A model generated the notes under the pieces. It made no database searches and was not told the DNA's origin. It worked only from the letters and a program-made list of their open reading frames with translations. The translations under genes and the position numbers were made by a program. 20,000 bases of DNA from an uncultured virus (IMG/VR IMGVR_UViG_3300021960_000064) (taxonomy: Duplodnaviria > Heunggongvirae > Uroviricota > Caudoviricetes), in IMG/VR virus record IMGVR_UViG_3300021960_000064; one strand, 5' to 3'. Of the stretch, positions 8,732 through 16,198 are shown piece after piece (position 1 is the first letter of the stretch; each line of letters opens with the position of its first letter).

Positions 8732-10882
8732 CTATAAATTAGGTTGCATTTTTTTCAATTTAGATAAAGTATCTATACTTTGACTTGCTAAACCGTAGAA
8801 TGCTTGAGTATTATCATTTAATATTTTAGTATATATTACACGTTCTGAATACCATTTTTCTTGATCTGGTAGAGAAACTGTTTGGTATTGATTAAAGTCA
8901 GGAACATAGCCTATTAAAGCTATTAGTTTAGATTCATCTCCGTACTCTCCTGTATCTTGTTGTTTTTGTTCTATTTCTTCTTGCTGTGCTTCTATATTTG
9001 CAGCAATAATTTTATCTGCTATTTGATCTGCTTCCGAAGTTGTTGATACATCTGCTACAGCAGTAACGATTTCATTTTGAACATTTTGTACTTGTATATC
9101 AGCAACAAGTACTTCTGCTGTTGTTTCTACATCGGTGTCTATATTTGAAATACTTGTAGATGAGGATACTGTATCAGTTACACTCATAGTTAATGTTTGA
9201 TTTGTTTGAGCTGAGGAAGAAGCAAATTGATCTGACATACTTGGCGAACTACTCGTACTTATTCCTGTGTTAGAAGAAGAACTTACTGAGTTACCTGCAG
9301 CAACACTATTGCCTGTAGCGTGAACAGAATTACCAGAGTTAGTACCACTAACACTTTGATTTGCGGTTATTATTGTAGAAGCAACCACACGTAAAGCAGT
9401 TGCTTTACTAATAGAGCTTTCTCCTTTTATATTTTCTCTTTCAGTTATTTGAAATTCTTCTTGAAACTTTTCTTCTGTTACTTCTTCTCTTTCTATACGT
9501 TCTTCTTCTACTTCAGCCTCAGCCATGCGTTCTTCTATGGCTTCAAAGACTTCCTCAACAGCTTCCTCTTCAAATATTTCTTCTATAAACTCTTCTTCTG
9601 GATCATCAAGATCTGCAAGTTCATCTTCCATCCTTGTCTCTTCCTCAAACCATTCTTCCAGTTCTTCAATAGTTTCTAATTCTATAAACGTGTTTGGTTC
9701 TGCGTAATCTTCTACTAAAAATGTTTCTTGAAAGACAAACTCATCAATCAATAACTCTTCTATCGGCATAAAAATTTCTTCTTCATGCATAGGTAAGTCA
9801 TGCGTCGGTTCAAAAGGCTCGTAATATTCTTCTTGAGAAAATACCTGTTCAAAAATTATTTCTTCTTCAAAAATAAACTCTGGCTCTTCAAACCTTTGCT
9901 CTTCAAATTCAAATACAAATTCTTCAAACATTGGTTCTTCTTCGTACCCAAATTGTTCTTCTTCCTCGTAACCATAATCAAACTGTTCTTCTTCTTGAAA
10001 ATAACCTATATCTTGTTCTTGTCTGTACCCTTGACAAAATGGTCCGTATTGTGGATCTAAGTCACATTGTTGATCATCATATGCTTCCCAGTACAAAGGA
10101 CAGGACTCACTATAAAGAGAGCTTATATTACATTGTTGTGTTAATAAAGCACTTGAATAACCACTACAACTTGAATTATTTAAAGGGTTGCTACAGTCAA
10201 TACCATTACCGCTCCCAGTACCATACAAAGAACCACCATTTTCTAAGTTTTGATTTTTGTCAGTACTGTTCCAGTTTGTATTTACACAGCTACTAGAGTT
10301 AGTTGTGCCTGTGTTACATTCATCGTGATATAAGTATGTATAAACTTCAGAGCTATCATTACCTATTTCACCAATAAAAACATCGTGATTAATAATATTT
10401 AATGCACCGTATCTATACTCAAAGGTATCGTTAGTCCACAGTATGACTTCAAAACTATTGTCAGACGCACGATTGTATTCCCGCATATTGTACCAACCAA
10501 ACACAGTTTTGTCACTAAAACTCTTAGCTAACATACTTGAACCATTATCTCTTATAAGGTCAGTCCAAAAAGGTAGTAAGGTGTAAGTGTATTGATTAGC
10601 TAAAGGATCAGGTGTATAATCATTACAAAATGCTCCAGAAGTTTTAAAATGAAGACAACCGTTCGTGGCTATTCTGCCTTGTGTAAAAGCCTGACCATAA
10701 AAATCAAAAGTGAAACCTAAGTTAAAAGCTGCAGATACTTGATCGTCTCCTGCGTTAAGGTTAGTAGTGTTTGATTGATTAGTTAAATCTATTAAAGATT
10801 GATTACTTTCGTATATGTACTGACTAAAAACATTTACACTAAGCAAACAAGCTACTGCGTAGCATAAAATTCTTTTTTGCAT
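8732..10882 (-). CDS. Exported protein: signal peptide, NIDO (nidogen)-like domain, Cys-rich repeats, Glu-rich and Ser-rich tracts, 716 aa
   Basis: MQKRILCYAVACLLSVNVFS signal peptide; DDQVS-x-FNLGFTFDFYG-x-IATNG-x-LLPFWTDL resembles the NIDO N-terminal pattern; three C-x8/9-C-x2-Y repeats; long EEE-rich region. Confidence 0.7.
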   Translation of the reverse strand: MQKRILCYAVACLLSVNVFSQYIYESNQSLIDLTNQSNTTNLNAGDDQVSAAFNLGFTFDFYGQAFTQGRIATNGCLHFKTSGAFCNDYTPDPLANQYTYTLLPFWTDLIRDNGSSMLAKSFSDKTVFGWYNMREYNRASDNSFEVILWTNDTFEYRYGALNIINHDVFIGEIGNDSSEVYTYLYHDECNTGTTNSSSCVNTNWNSTDKNQNLENGGSLYGTGSGNGIDCSNPLNNSSCSGYSSALLTQQCNISSLYSESCPLYWEAYDDQQCDLDPQYGPFCQGYRQEQDIGYFQEEEQFDYGYEEEEQFGYEEEPMFEEFVFEFEEQRFEEPEFIFEEEIIFEQVFSQEEYYEPFEPTHDLPMHEEEIFMPIEELLIDEFVFQETFLVEDYAEPNTFIELETIEELEEWFEEETRMEDELADLDDPEEEFIEEIFEEEAVEEVFEAIEERMAEAEVEEERIEREEVTEEKFQEEFQITERENIKGESSISKATALRVVASTIITANQSVSGTNSGNSVHATGNSVAAGNSVSSSSNTGISTSSSPSMSDQFASSSAQTNQTLTMSVTDTVSSSTSISNIDTDVETTAEVLVADIQVQNVQNEIVTAVADVSTTSEADQIADKIIAANIEAQQEEIEQKQQDTGEYGDESKLIALIGYVPDFNQYQTVSLPDQEKWYSERVIYTKILNDNTQAFYGLASQSIDTLSKLKKMQPNL
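10025..10195 (-). repeat. Three tandem 21-22 aa Cys-pair repeats (protein level)
   Basis: CSNPLNNSSCSGYSSALLTQQ / CNISSLYSESCPLYWEAYDDQQ / CDLDPQYGPFCQGY. Confidence 0.75.
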
Positions 10883-11931
10883 TGTTTGTCAGTTTTAGTT
10901 TTTCTTGTGTAAGTTTTTTTAACTAATCCTACAACATCTTTATTTATTTTAGATCTATTTGGATTAGCTTCGTGTGTACATTTAGTAATGAACTCTTTTT
11001 CAGCATCTTCTACATCAGGTCTTTTAGATTGGTTTTTAGCCCACTCTGCTGAAGCTTCTTTACCTATCTTACCTTCGTATGGACAAGGTGTGCCTGCCAT
11101 TTTCATAGCTTTGAAAACTCTTTCATCCTGACATAACAAACTAACTGAGGCTACTTTCATACCCATATCATATAAATATTTAGAAAGTTTGAGCCTTTCA
11201 CAGTTTTTATCTGTTACTGTTTTACCACCAGAAAAACCAAATACTTGACCTTGAAAAGCTCCACTTACACCAGTAGTACATAAGTCTTGTGAATAACTCA
11301 TTATAGAAGGAGCAATAGCAGAGGCTGGTGGTGCCTCACTTTTTATATTTTGATTTATGGTTTGAGTAGAGTTGGACTCGTTAATGTTTCTATTAGTGTT
11401 ATTAGACTGTGTGTTGTTATTATTGGTATTAGTATTATCAGTAGTAACATTAGAATCCGAAGTAGATTGATTGACATTAGTGTTGTTGTTAGTATTTGTA
11501 TTGTTACTAGTAGAATTACTATTGTTATTAACGTTTTGATTTACCGTTGAGTTTACAGTAGAGTTTGATGTAGAGGTTGAAGTGTTATTATTGTTGTTTG
11601 TATTAACACTTACAGAATTATTAGTATTGGTATTATTACTGGTATTAACATTTGTAGAAATGTTATTATTCGTGTTCGTGTTCGTGGAGTTATTCGTATT
11701 CGTGCTATTATTTGTGTTGGTGTTTGTGTTAACATTAGTATTGCTGTTGGTGTTGTTGTTTGTGTTGTTGTTTGTGTTGGTATTTGTAGTCACCGTAGTA
11801 TTAATAGTAGTCAAACCATTGTCTTCACAATACTGAGTACCCGAAGTACAGGTGCCTGTTTGATCACTAACAGCGTGTAGCGAAAAAAATAAAGGAGCTA
11901 CTAATAAAAACTTTTTTAAATCTATATTCAC
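10852..11931 (-). CDS. Exported protein: signal peptide, Asn/Thr low-complexity tract, Cys-rich C-terminal domain, 359 aa
   Basis: GTG start; KKFLLVAPLFFSLHAVS signal peptide; about 150 aa N/T-rich tract; C-terminal PPASAIAPS..DLC..NCERLKLSK.LYDMGMKVA..CQD.RVF.AM..AGTPCP domain that I recognise as a marine-phage family of unknown function. Confidence 0.75.
   Translation of the reverse strand: MNIDLKKFLLVAPLFFSLHAVSDQTGTCTSGTQYCEDNGLTTINTTVTTNTNTNNNTNNNTNSNTNVNTNTNTNNSTNTNNSTNTNTNNNISTNVNTSNNTNTNNSVSVNTNNNNNTSTSTSNSTVNSTVNQNVNNNSNSTSNNTNTNNNTNVNQSTSDSNVTTDNTNTNNNNTQSNNTNRNINESNSTQTINQNIKSEAPPASAIAPSIMSYSQDLCTTGVSGAFQGQVFGFSGGKTVTDKNCERLKLSKYLYDMGMKVASVSLLCQDERVFKAMKMAGTPCPYEGKIGKEASAEWAKNQSKRPDVEDAEKEFITKCTHEANPNRSKINKDVVGLVKKTYTRKTKTDKQCKKEFYATQ
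11350..11815 (-). repeat. Low-complexity Asn/Thr coding repeat (AAC/AAT/ACA/ACT-rich)
   Basis: gtgttgttgtttgtgttg-type runs on the + strand; translates to TNTNTNNNTNNNTNSNTNVN... Confidence 0.85.
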
Positions 11932-11960
11932 ATATGAATTATATCATGTGAGAATATAGA
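11921..11960. repeat. Imperfect inverted repeat (9 bp + 4 bp stem, 2-nt bulge, 12-nt loop) spanning the promoter and the GTG start
   Basis: Minus strand TCTATATTC-TC-ACAT-GATATAATTCAT-ATGT-GAATATAGA. Confidence 0.75.
11938..11946 (-). promoter_or_regulatory. Extended -10 sigma70-type promoter (TGATATAAT)
   Basis: Perfect TGnTATAAT in one of the few real intergenic gaps; predicted +1 falls at about 11931, the G of the GTG start; no SD and no consensus -35. Confidence 0.6.
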
Positions 11961-11966
11961 AAGTTA

Positions 11967-12074
11967 TTATTTTTTAAATTTAGCTGTAATTTTATTCCAA
12001 AGCTCAGGTTTGAATTTTTTTACAGACCAAGCTATAATCACTACTGCTATTGCTAATGGTATTAATATATCCAT
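11967..12074 (-). CDS. Small membrane peptide, 35 aa (MDILIPLAIAVVIIAWSVKKFKPELWNKITAKFKK)
   Basis: Translated by hand; AGGAG RBS 6 nt before the ATG, double TAA TAA stop; hydrophobic N-terminal helix plus a Lys-rich tail. Confidence 0.8.
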   Translation of the reverse strand: MDILIPLAIAVVIIAWSVKKFKPELWNKITAKFKK

Positions 12075-12083
12075 ATTTTACTC

Positions 12084-12623
12084 CTATGAAGTTGGTGGGG
12101 TTGGCCACTCACCCAGAGGTCTTACTGGTGGTGTGGCATCGTTATACACATATAGTGCTGCCAAAGCATCTACATTTGCAACTGCATTAATTTTTGTTTT
12201 CATGCTTGATGCTGCTGTTCTGACTGCTACCCTGTAGTCTAGCCAATCTGAAGGTATAGCTTTAGAACTTTCTGCATTTCTAACCACCATCCAATCATTA
12301 GGTTTTAGTAAGCTATAAGCTTGATTATCTATTGTTTCACAATGACTTGTTTTTAAGGTGTCTAAATCTCTTGCTGTGGCTGTTCCATAACTTGCAGTTA
12401 CCTTATTACTAGCAAATGTAAACGATTGATTTGTGTTGTTATAATACCCCCCATTTTTAAGGTTGGTATTATCTACTACGACTTCATAAACACCTATGGC
12501 TTTGAGTTCTGCCTCTGACCAAAGGCTATGAATATTGCTAGGATATTGAATGTCTCCTATGGTTAATTGTGAAGGTTTACTATAAACCTTACTTATATTT
12601 CCTGATTCTACTAATGCCCACAT
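12084..12623 (-). CDS. Tail fibre-associated / assembly chaperone-like protein, 179 aa
   Basis: GAGGA RBS; IQYPSNI..LWSEAELKAIGVY and LLKPNDWMVVR..E...IP..W..YR.AVR motifs resembling Tfa-like proteins; follows the fibre genes. Confidence 0.6.
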   Translation of the reverse strand: MWALVESGNISKVYSKPSQLTIGDIQYPSNIHSLWSEAELKAIGVYEVVVDNTNLKNGGYYNNTNQSFTFASNKVTASYGTATARDLDTLKTSHCETIDNQAYSLLKPNDWMVVRNAESSKAIPSDWLDYRVAVRTAASSMKTKINAVANVDALAALYVYNDATPPVRPLGEWPTPPTS

Positions 12624-12644
12624 AATTTATTCCTCATTTTTTTA

Positions 12645-13751
12645 TTAACTTGCACAAGCAGGCACTCCGCCACTTGTAACCATTGGATGAATAGCTATAG
12701 CAAGATAGGCATATGTACCACCTGATGCGTTTTCAGCAGCACCACCTAAAAGAACCTTGAATCCATTGGATAACATATCTATTTCTCCATATGCTCCTGC
12801 TTGATCATTTGTGTTTGCTTTTAAAGTGCAGTCATTTAGATTAAATAAGTTGCCAATATTATTACCACTACCTGCATTGGTTCCTAATTTGTAACTATGT
12901 ATTACCCAATTATCAGTTGTATCAGTCCTTTTTATCATTACAAATGATGGGGTAAAGCCGAGATATACAAATGGACCATTATCATTAGTTCCATTACCAA
13001 CATACTTACCACTTTTAGAAAAACCCTGCACATTAGCCATCGCCCAAAAAACAAGATTACCGCTATTTTGGTTTACTTCCAAAGCATTCCCAAGTGTAAA
13101 CACACTGGTTGTTGGTTGTGAATACATAAGAGCATTTGAATTGTTAGGCACTGTATTTTCATTTAGTGTCTGCATACCGCCATTAGCAGTTTCAGCACCT
13201 TTCATATAAACTTTGCCATCTTCAGTTCTTGAAAAAGATCGTATAAATATCCAATCAGGTTTTAATCCTAATCCATGCCCAAAAGAAGTATCGGAAGTAC
13301 CATTGCCTACATAAGTTCCGCTTGAAATTTTTGCATCACTATTAATCTGTATAGATGTATTGACATCTCCATCACTGTTTGTGCTTAAAGTTCCTTCATT
13401 CATTTTGAATTGCCAGGCTATATACTTATCTCCATTAGTATTTGTTCCACTGTTTGTCCCAAGCGTGAAGCCATCTGTATCAAAACTTTTGACTGTGGTT
13501 GTATCGTAAAGTCTTGCACCATTAGCATCTGTTTCGTAATACAAAGCTGCACTTATAGCACCGCCACCTGTTCTCCATGAACTGGTTCCCCAGTAATAAC
13601 CTGCCGCAGCATCTTGTTTTTTAATCCACAAAATATCTGGCTTTAAATTATTTTCATTGCCATTAGTTAATGCTCTATCATCTGTTCCATTTCCTGTATA
13701 AGTCATTGTAGTAAAATGATCTTCAGGTCTGTCTATTGTTGTATAAGCCAT
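12645..13751 (-). CDS. Tail fibre / receptor-binding protein with YTGNG...PD.I.IK repeats, 368 aa
   Basis: Three internal repeats (YTGNG..KPDILWIK; YVGNG..KPDWIFIR; YVGNG..TPSFVMIK); GGAG RBS inside the upstream gene end. Confidence 0.7.
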   Translation of the reverse strand: MAYTTIDRPEDHFTTMTYTGNGTDDRALTNGNENNLKPDILWIKKQDAAAGYYWGTSSWRTGGGAISAALYYETDANGARLYDTTTVKSFDTDGFTLGTNSGTNTNGDKYIAWQFKMNEGTLSTNSDGDVNTSIQINSDAKISSGTYVGNGTSDTSFGHGLGLKPDWIFIRSFSRTEDGKVYMKGAETANGGMQTLNENTVPNNSNALMYSQPTTSVFTLGNALEVNQNSGNLVFWAMANVQGFSKSGKYVGNGTNDNGPFVYLGFTPSFVMIKRTDTTDNWVIHSYKLGTNAGSGNNIGNLFNLNDCTLKANTNDQAGAYGEIDMLSNGFKVLLGGAAENASGGTYAYLAIAIHPMVTSGGVPACAS

Positions 13752-15161
13752 TTATCCATGCTCCGCTAAATTTTTTGAACACAAAGCATAAAAACCAGAC
13801 GGCACAGCATATTCAAAGTTGCCATATCCGTTGGCATCGCTGTTGCCACTTGATATAGAAATTAAAGTATAACCACCAAAATTACATTTCCAAGTAATAT
13901 TACTATAGCCAGTTACACCCATTGTTATAACATCAGTCCAAGCATCGCCAAGACTAGAACTTGTGTTCCATGTAGCACCATTCGCAGGCGTGCCACTATT
14001 ATCTGATGACATCCAAGTGCCGTTTACAGAAAAATTTATTTTTCTATCGTCCATGTTCAAACCAATACCAATAATGTCATTGGCACTATATGAAGCACCC
14101 CAAAAATCACCAGTCCTATTTAGCAAAGCTCCATCTGAGCCTCTTAAACCAACTGACCTATTTTGATTACCACCTGCATAACCTAAATAATAACCAGTAT
14201 GGTTTTGCGGTATATATCCATCCTCAACATCAACTATACCAATAAAAGATGTGGTTGAATTGCAGCTGAACTCTGCATACCACTTGCCTGTTGTAACTGC
14301 TATAGATGAAACTGCTGTTTGATAATTGCTATTTATATAAAATTGTACTGCACCATTAGCTACATTTGTGCTTGCAGCTTTGGGATGTAATTGGTTAAAG
14401 GTTGCAAAGTTATTGGTTGGTGTGTCAGTCGCTTGATCTGCGGATGAGATGTTGGTTTCAGTAAAGTCTGTACCACCATTAGCATCATTACCCATGTTAG
14501 AGGAATCTTTAAAATCTAAATATGCTCCATTAGTACCAAAAGTTAAACCACTTACATCTATAGGAATCCAAATACCTGTGTCACTATCAAACTCTCCTAA
14601 GTCTGTATGTGCAGCTTTAGTGTCATCTAAATAAACAAACTCAGATAAATAACCACTCATGTCTGCATCTGCCGCAGCTCCTCCTTTACCTACATAAATA
14701 TTAGTAGTCCAATCAAATAATGAATTTTGTCCAGGCACTACAGAAACAGAAAATGATGTTTCCAAAACACCATTAACATAAATTTGTGTTCTTTCACTTG
14801 CTGTTGAAAGTCTTGTATCTACAAGAAAAGCAAAATGATACCAAGCATTCGTATCACGAAAAACTCTATTGGTTTTATAGCGCATAGCATATGCACCTTC
14901 CCATGAGTAAAACTCTAATTCATCAGAACTTGTAAATTGAATAATAACTTCGTTGTCGCCACTTGCACCTGCTCCTACAAGTCTTTGTGCACCTAAGGCT
15001 GTTCTTTTTAACCAAAAACTAATTGTAAAACAATCTCTGCTTTGACTTGATAGAGATTTATGTAAACCTTCTGAAAGACCATCTTCAAATGCACAAGAGT
15101 TATCTACATCATACCCAGTAGATACGCTACCTCGATTAGCTGTTCTCTGTAGGGTTTCCAT
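13752..15161 (-). CDS. LamG/concanavalin A-like lectin plus SPRY-like domain tail protein, 469 aa
   Basis: FTISFWLKR...FRDTNAWYH...IYVNG (LamG); GKWYAEF...DIIGIGLNMDDRKINFSVNG...NFG (SPRY); GYGNFEYAVPSGFYALCSKNL C-terminus. Confidence 0.8.
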   Translation of the reverse strand: METLQRTANRGSVSTGYDVDNSCAFEDGLSEGLHKSLSSQSRDCFTISFWLKRTALGAQRLVGAGASGDNEVIIQFTSSDELEFYSWEGAYAMRYKTNRVFRDTNAWYHFAFLVDTRLSTASERTQIYVNGVLETSFSVSVVPGQNSLFDWTTNIYVGKGGAAADADMSGYLSEFVYLDDTKAAHTDLGEFDSDTGIWIPIDVSGLTFGTNGAYLDFKDSSNMGNDANGGTDFTETNISSADQATDTPTNNFATFNQLHPKAASTNVANGAVQFYINSNYQTAVSSIAVTTGKWYAEFSCNSTTSFIGIVDVEDGYIPQNHTGYYLGYAGGNQNRSVGLRGSDGALLNRTGDFWGASYSANDIIGIGLNMDDRKINFSVNGTWMSSDNSGTPANGATWNTSSSLGDAWTDVITMGVTGYSNITWKCNFGGYTLISISSGNSDANGYGNFEYAVPSGFYALCSKNLAEHG

Positions 15162-15162
15162 G

Positions 15163-16143
15163 TTAGGTTTGAGCCATATTTTGACTTCTGCCTATTTCTT
15201 GCCATACAGAGCCATTGTATCTAAATGCAAATATATCTGTTTTAGAAGCTGTAGCAGTAACAGTAGGAGCTGTACTTGCTGCAAACTCGAATACTGTATT
15301 CCAAGCAACTGTCCTAGCTGTCCCACCTTGAGCTATCTCAATACTAATAATAGCTCCCTCTACTGCATTACTTGGTGCAGAGAATGTTGTGTTTTCAACT
15401 GTTACATAATATGCATTCGCTGCTGCTCGTGCATCCCAAGCTGTTGCATTAGAGCTTGAAGTAATAGCTACTTGGCTAATATTAGCTGAAGTAGAAGCTG
15501 TAACTTTTTTAGGCATTGTTACAAACTGATCCTCATCTACTGATATAGCTGGTGTTGTACCAACTGTTGAGCCTAGTCCTATAACTAAATCATCAGCACT
15601 ATCATCTAATCCCACATAAAAATCTTGGGCATTGCCATCAAAAACTATTTTAGTATCTTCTGCTGTAGCATCACCAATAGTTAAAGTAGTTCCGTTAATT
15701 GATAAGCTATCTGTAACTGCTAAATCAGTGAATACATCTAATACTGCTGCTCCACTTCCTGCTCCGTCTAATTGAACTACTGCTACTTTTCCAGCAGCAA
15801 TAGTCACATTGGCTCCAGAGCCTTGCGATATAATTATATTTTGCGATCCACTAGTAGCGTTTTCAATAATTTGCACACGCTTCATAGTGTTTGGACCAAT
15901 CGTAATGGTACAAGCTGAATCTAGAGTACCTGTGTATTTAAGATAAAAGGCTCTTCCTGCGTCTGCTGTTCCATCTGCTACTGTCGTAGCGTGAGTGTCT
16001 GCATTAGTGGTAATAGCTTCAGTACCTATGCCTAGAGCTTCACCAATTAATTCCAGATTAGTATTAGTAGAAGTACCCCAAGTTCCGCTTTCGTCACCTG
16101 TGCTGATTTCCTTGAGTCTTAAATTGTTAACGTAGGTTGCCAT
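15163..16143 (-). CDS. Tail fibre protein, 326 aa
   Basis: MATYVNNLRLKEISTGDESGTWG..TNTNL N-terminal attachment motif; C-terminal IAQGGTARTVAW..F.FA...P..T....DIF.F domain; AGGA RBS. Confidence 0.7.
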   Translation of the reverse strand: MATYVNNLRLKEISTGDESGTWGTSTNTNLELIGEALGIGTEAITTNADTHATTVADGTADAGRAFYLKYTGTLDSACTITIGPNTMKRVQIIENATSGSQNIIISQGSGANVTIAAGKVAVVQLDGAGSGAAVLDVFTDLAVTDSLSINGTTLTIGDATAEDTKIVFDGNAQDFYVGLDDSADDLVIGLGSTVGTTPAISVDEDQFVTMPKKVTASTSANISQVAITSSSNATAWDARAAANAYYVTVENTTFSAPSNAVEGAIISIEIAQGGTARTVAWNTVFEFAASTAPTVTATASKTDIFAFRYNGSVWQEIGRSQNMAQT

Positions 16144-16198
16144 AATTTGTTCCTATATTGTATATAATAAATCAAAAAGAGAAAAGTTTATAGTTTTA

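Noticed and set aside
11921..11960. Inverted repeat as an intrinsic terminator
   Set aside because: AT-rich bulged stem with a 12-nt loop and only three U residues after it on the coding strand; it overlaps the start codon, which fits a regulatory hairpin or operator better.
12084..16143. Diversity-generating retroelement or invertible tail-fibre cassette
   Set aside because: No reverse transcriptase, recombinase, template/variable repeat pair or inverted gene copy seen in the window.
16144..16198. AT-rich intergenic gap as promoter or terminator
   Set aside because: Only weak -10-like hexamers (TATTAT, TACAAT), no matched -35 and no GC stem; only the AGGA RBS is supportable.
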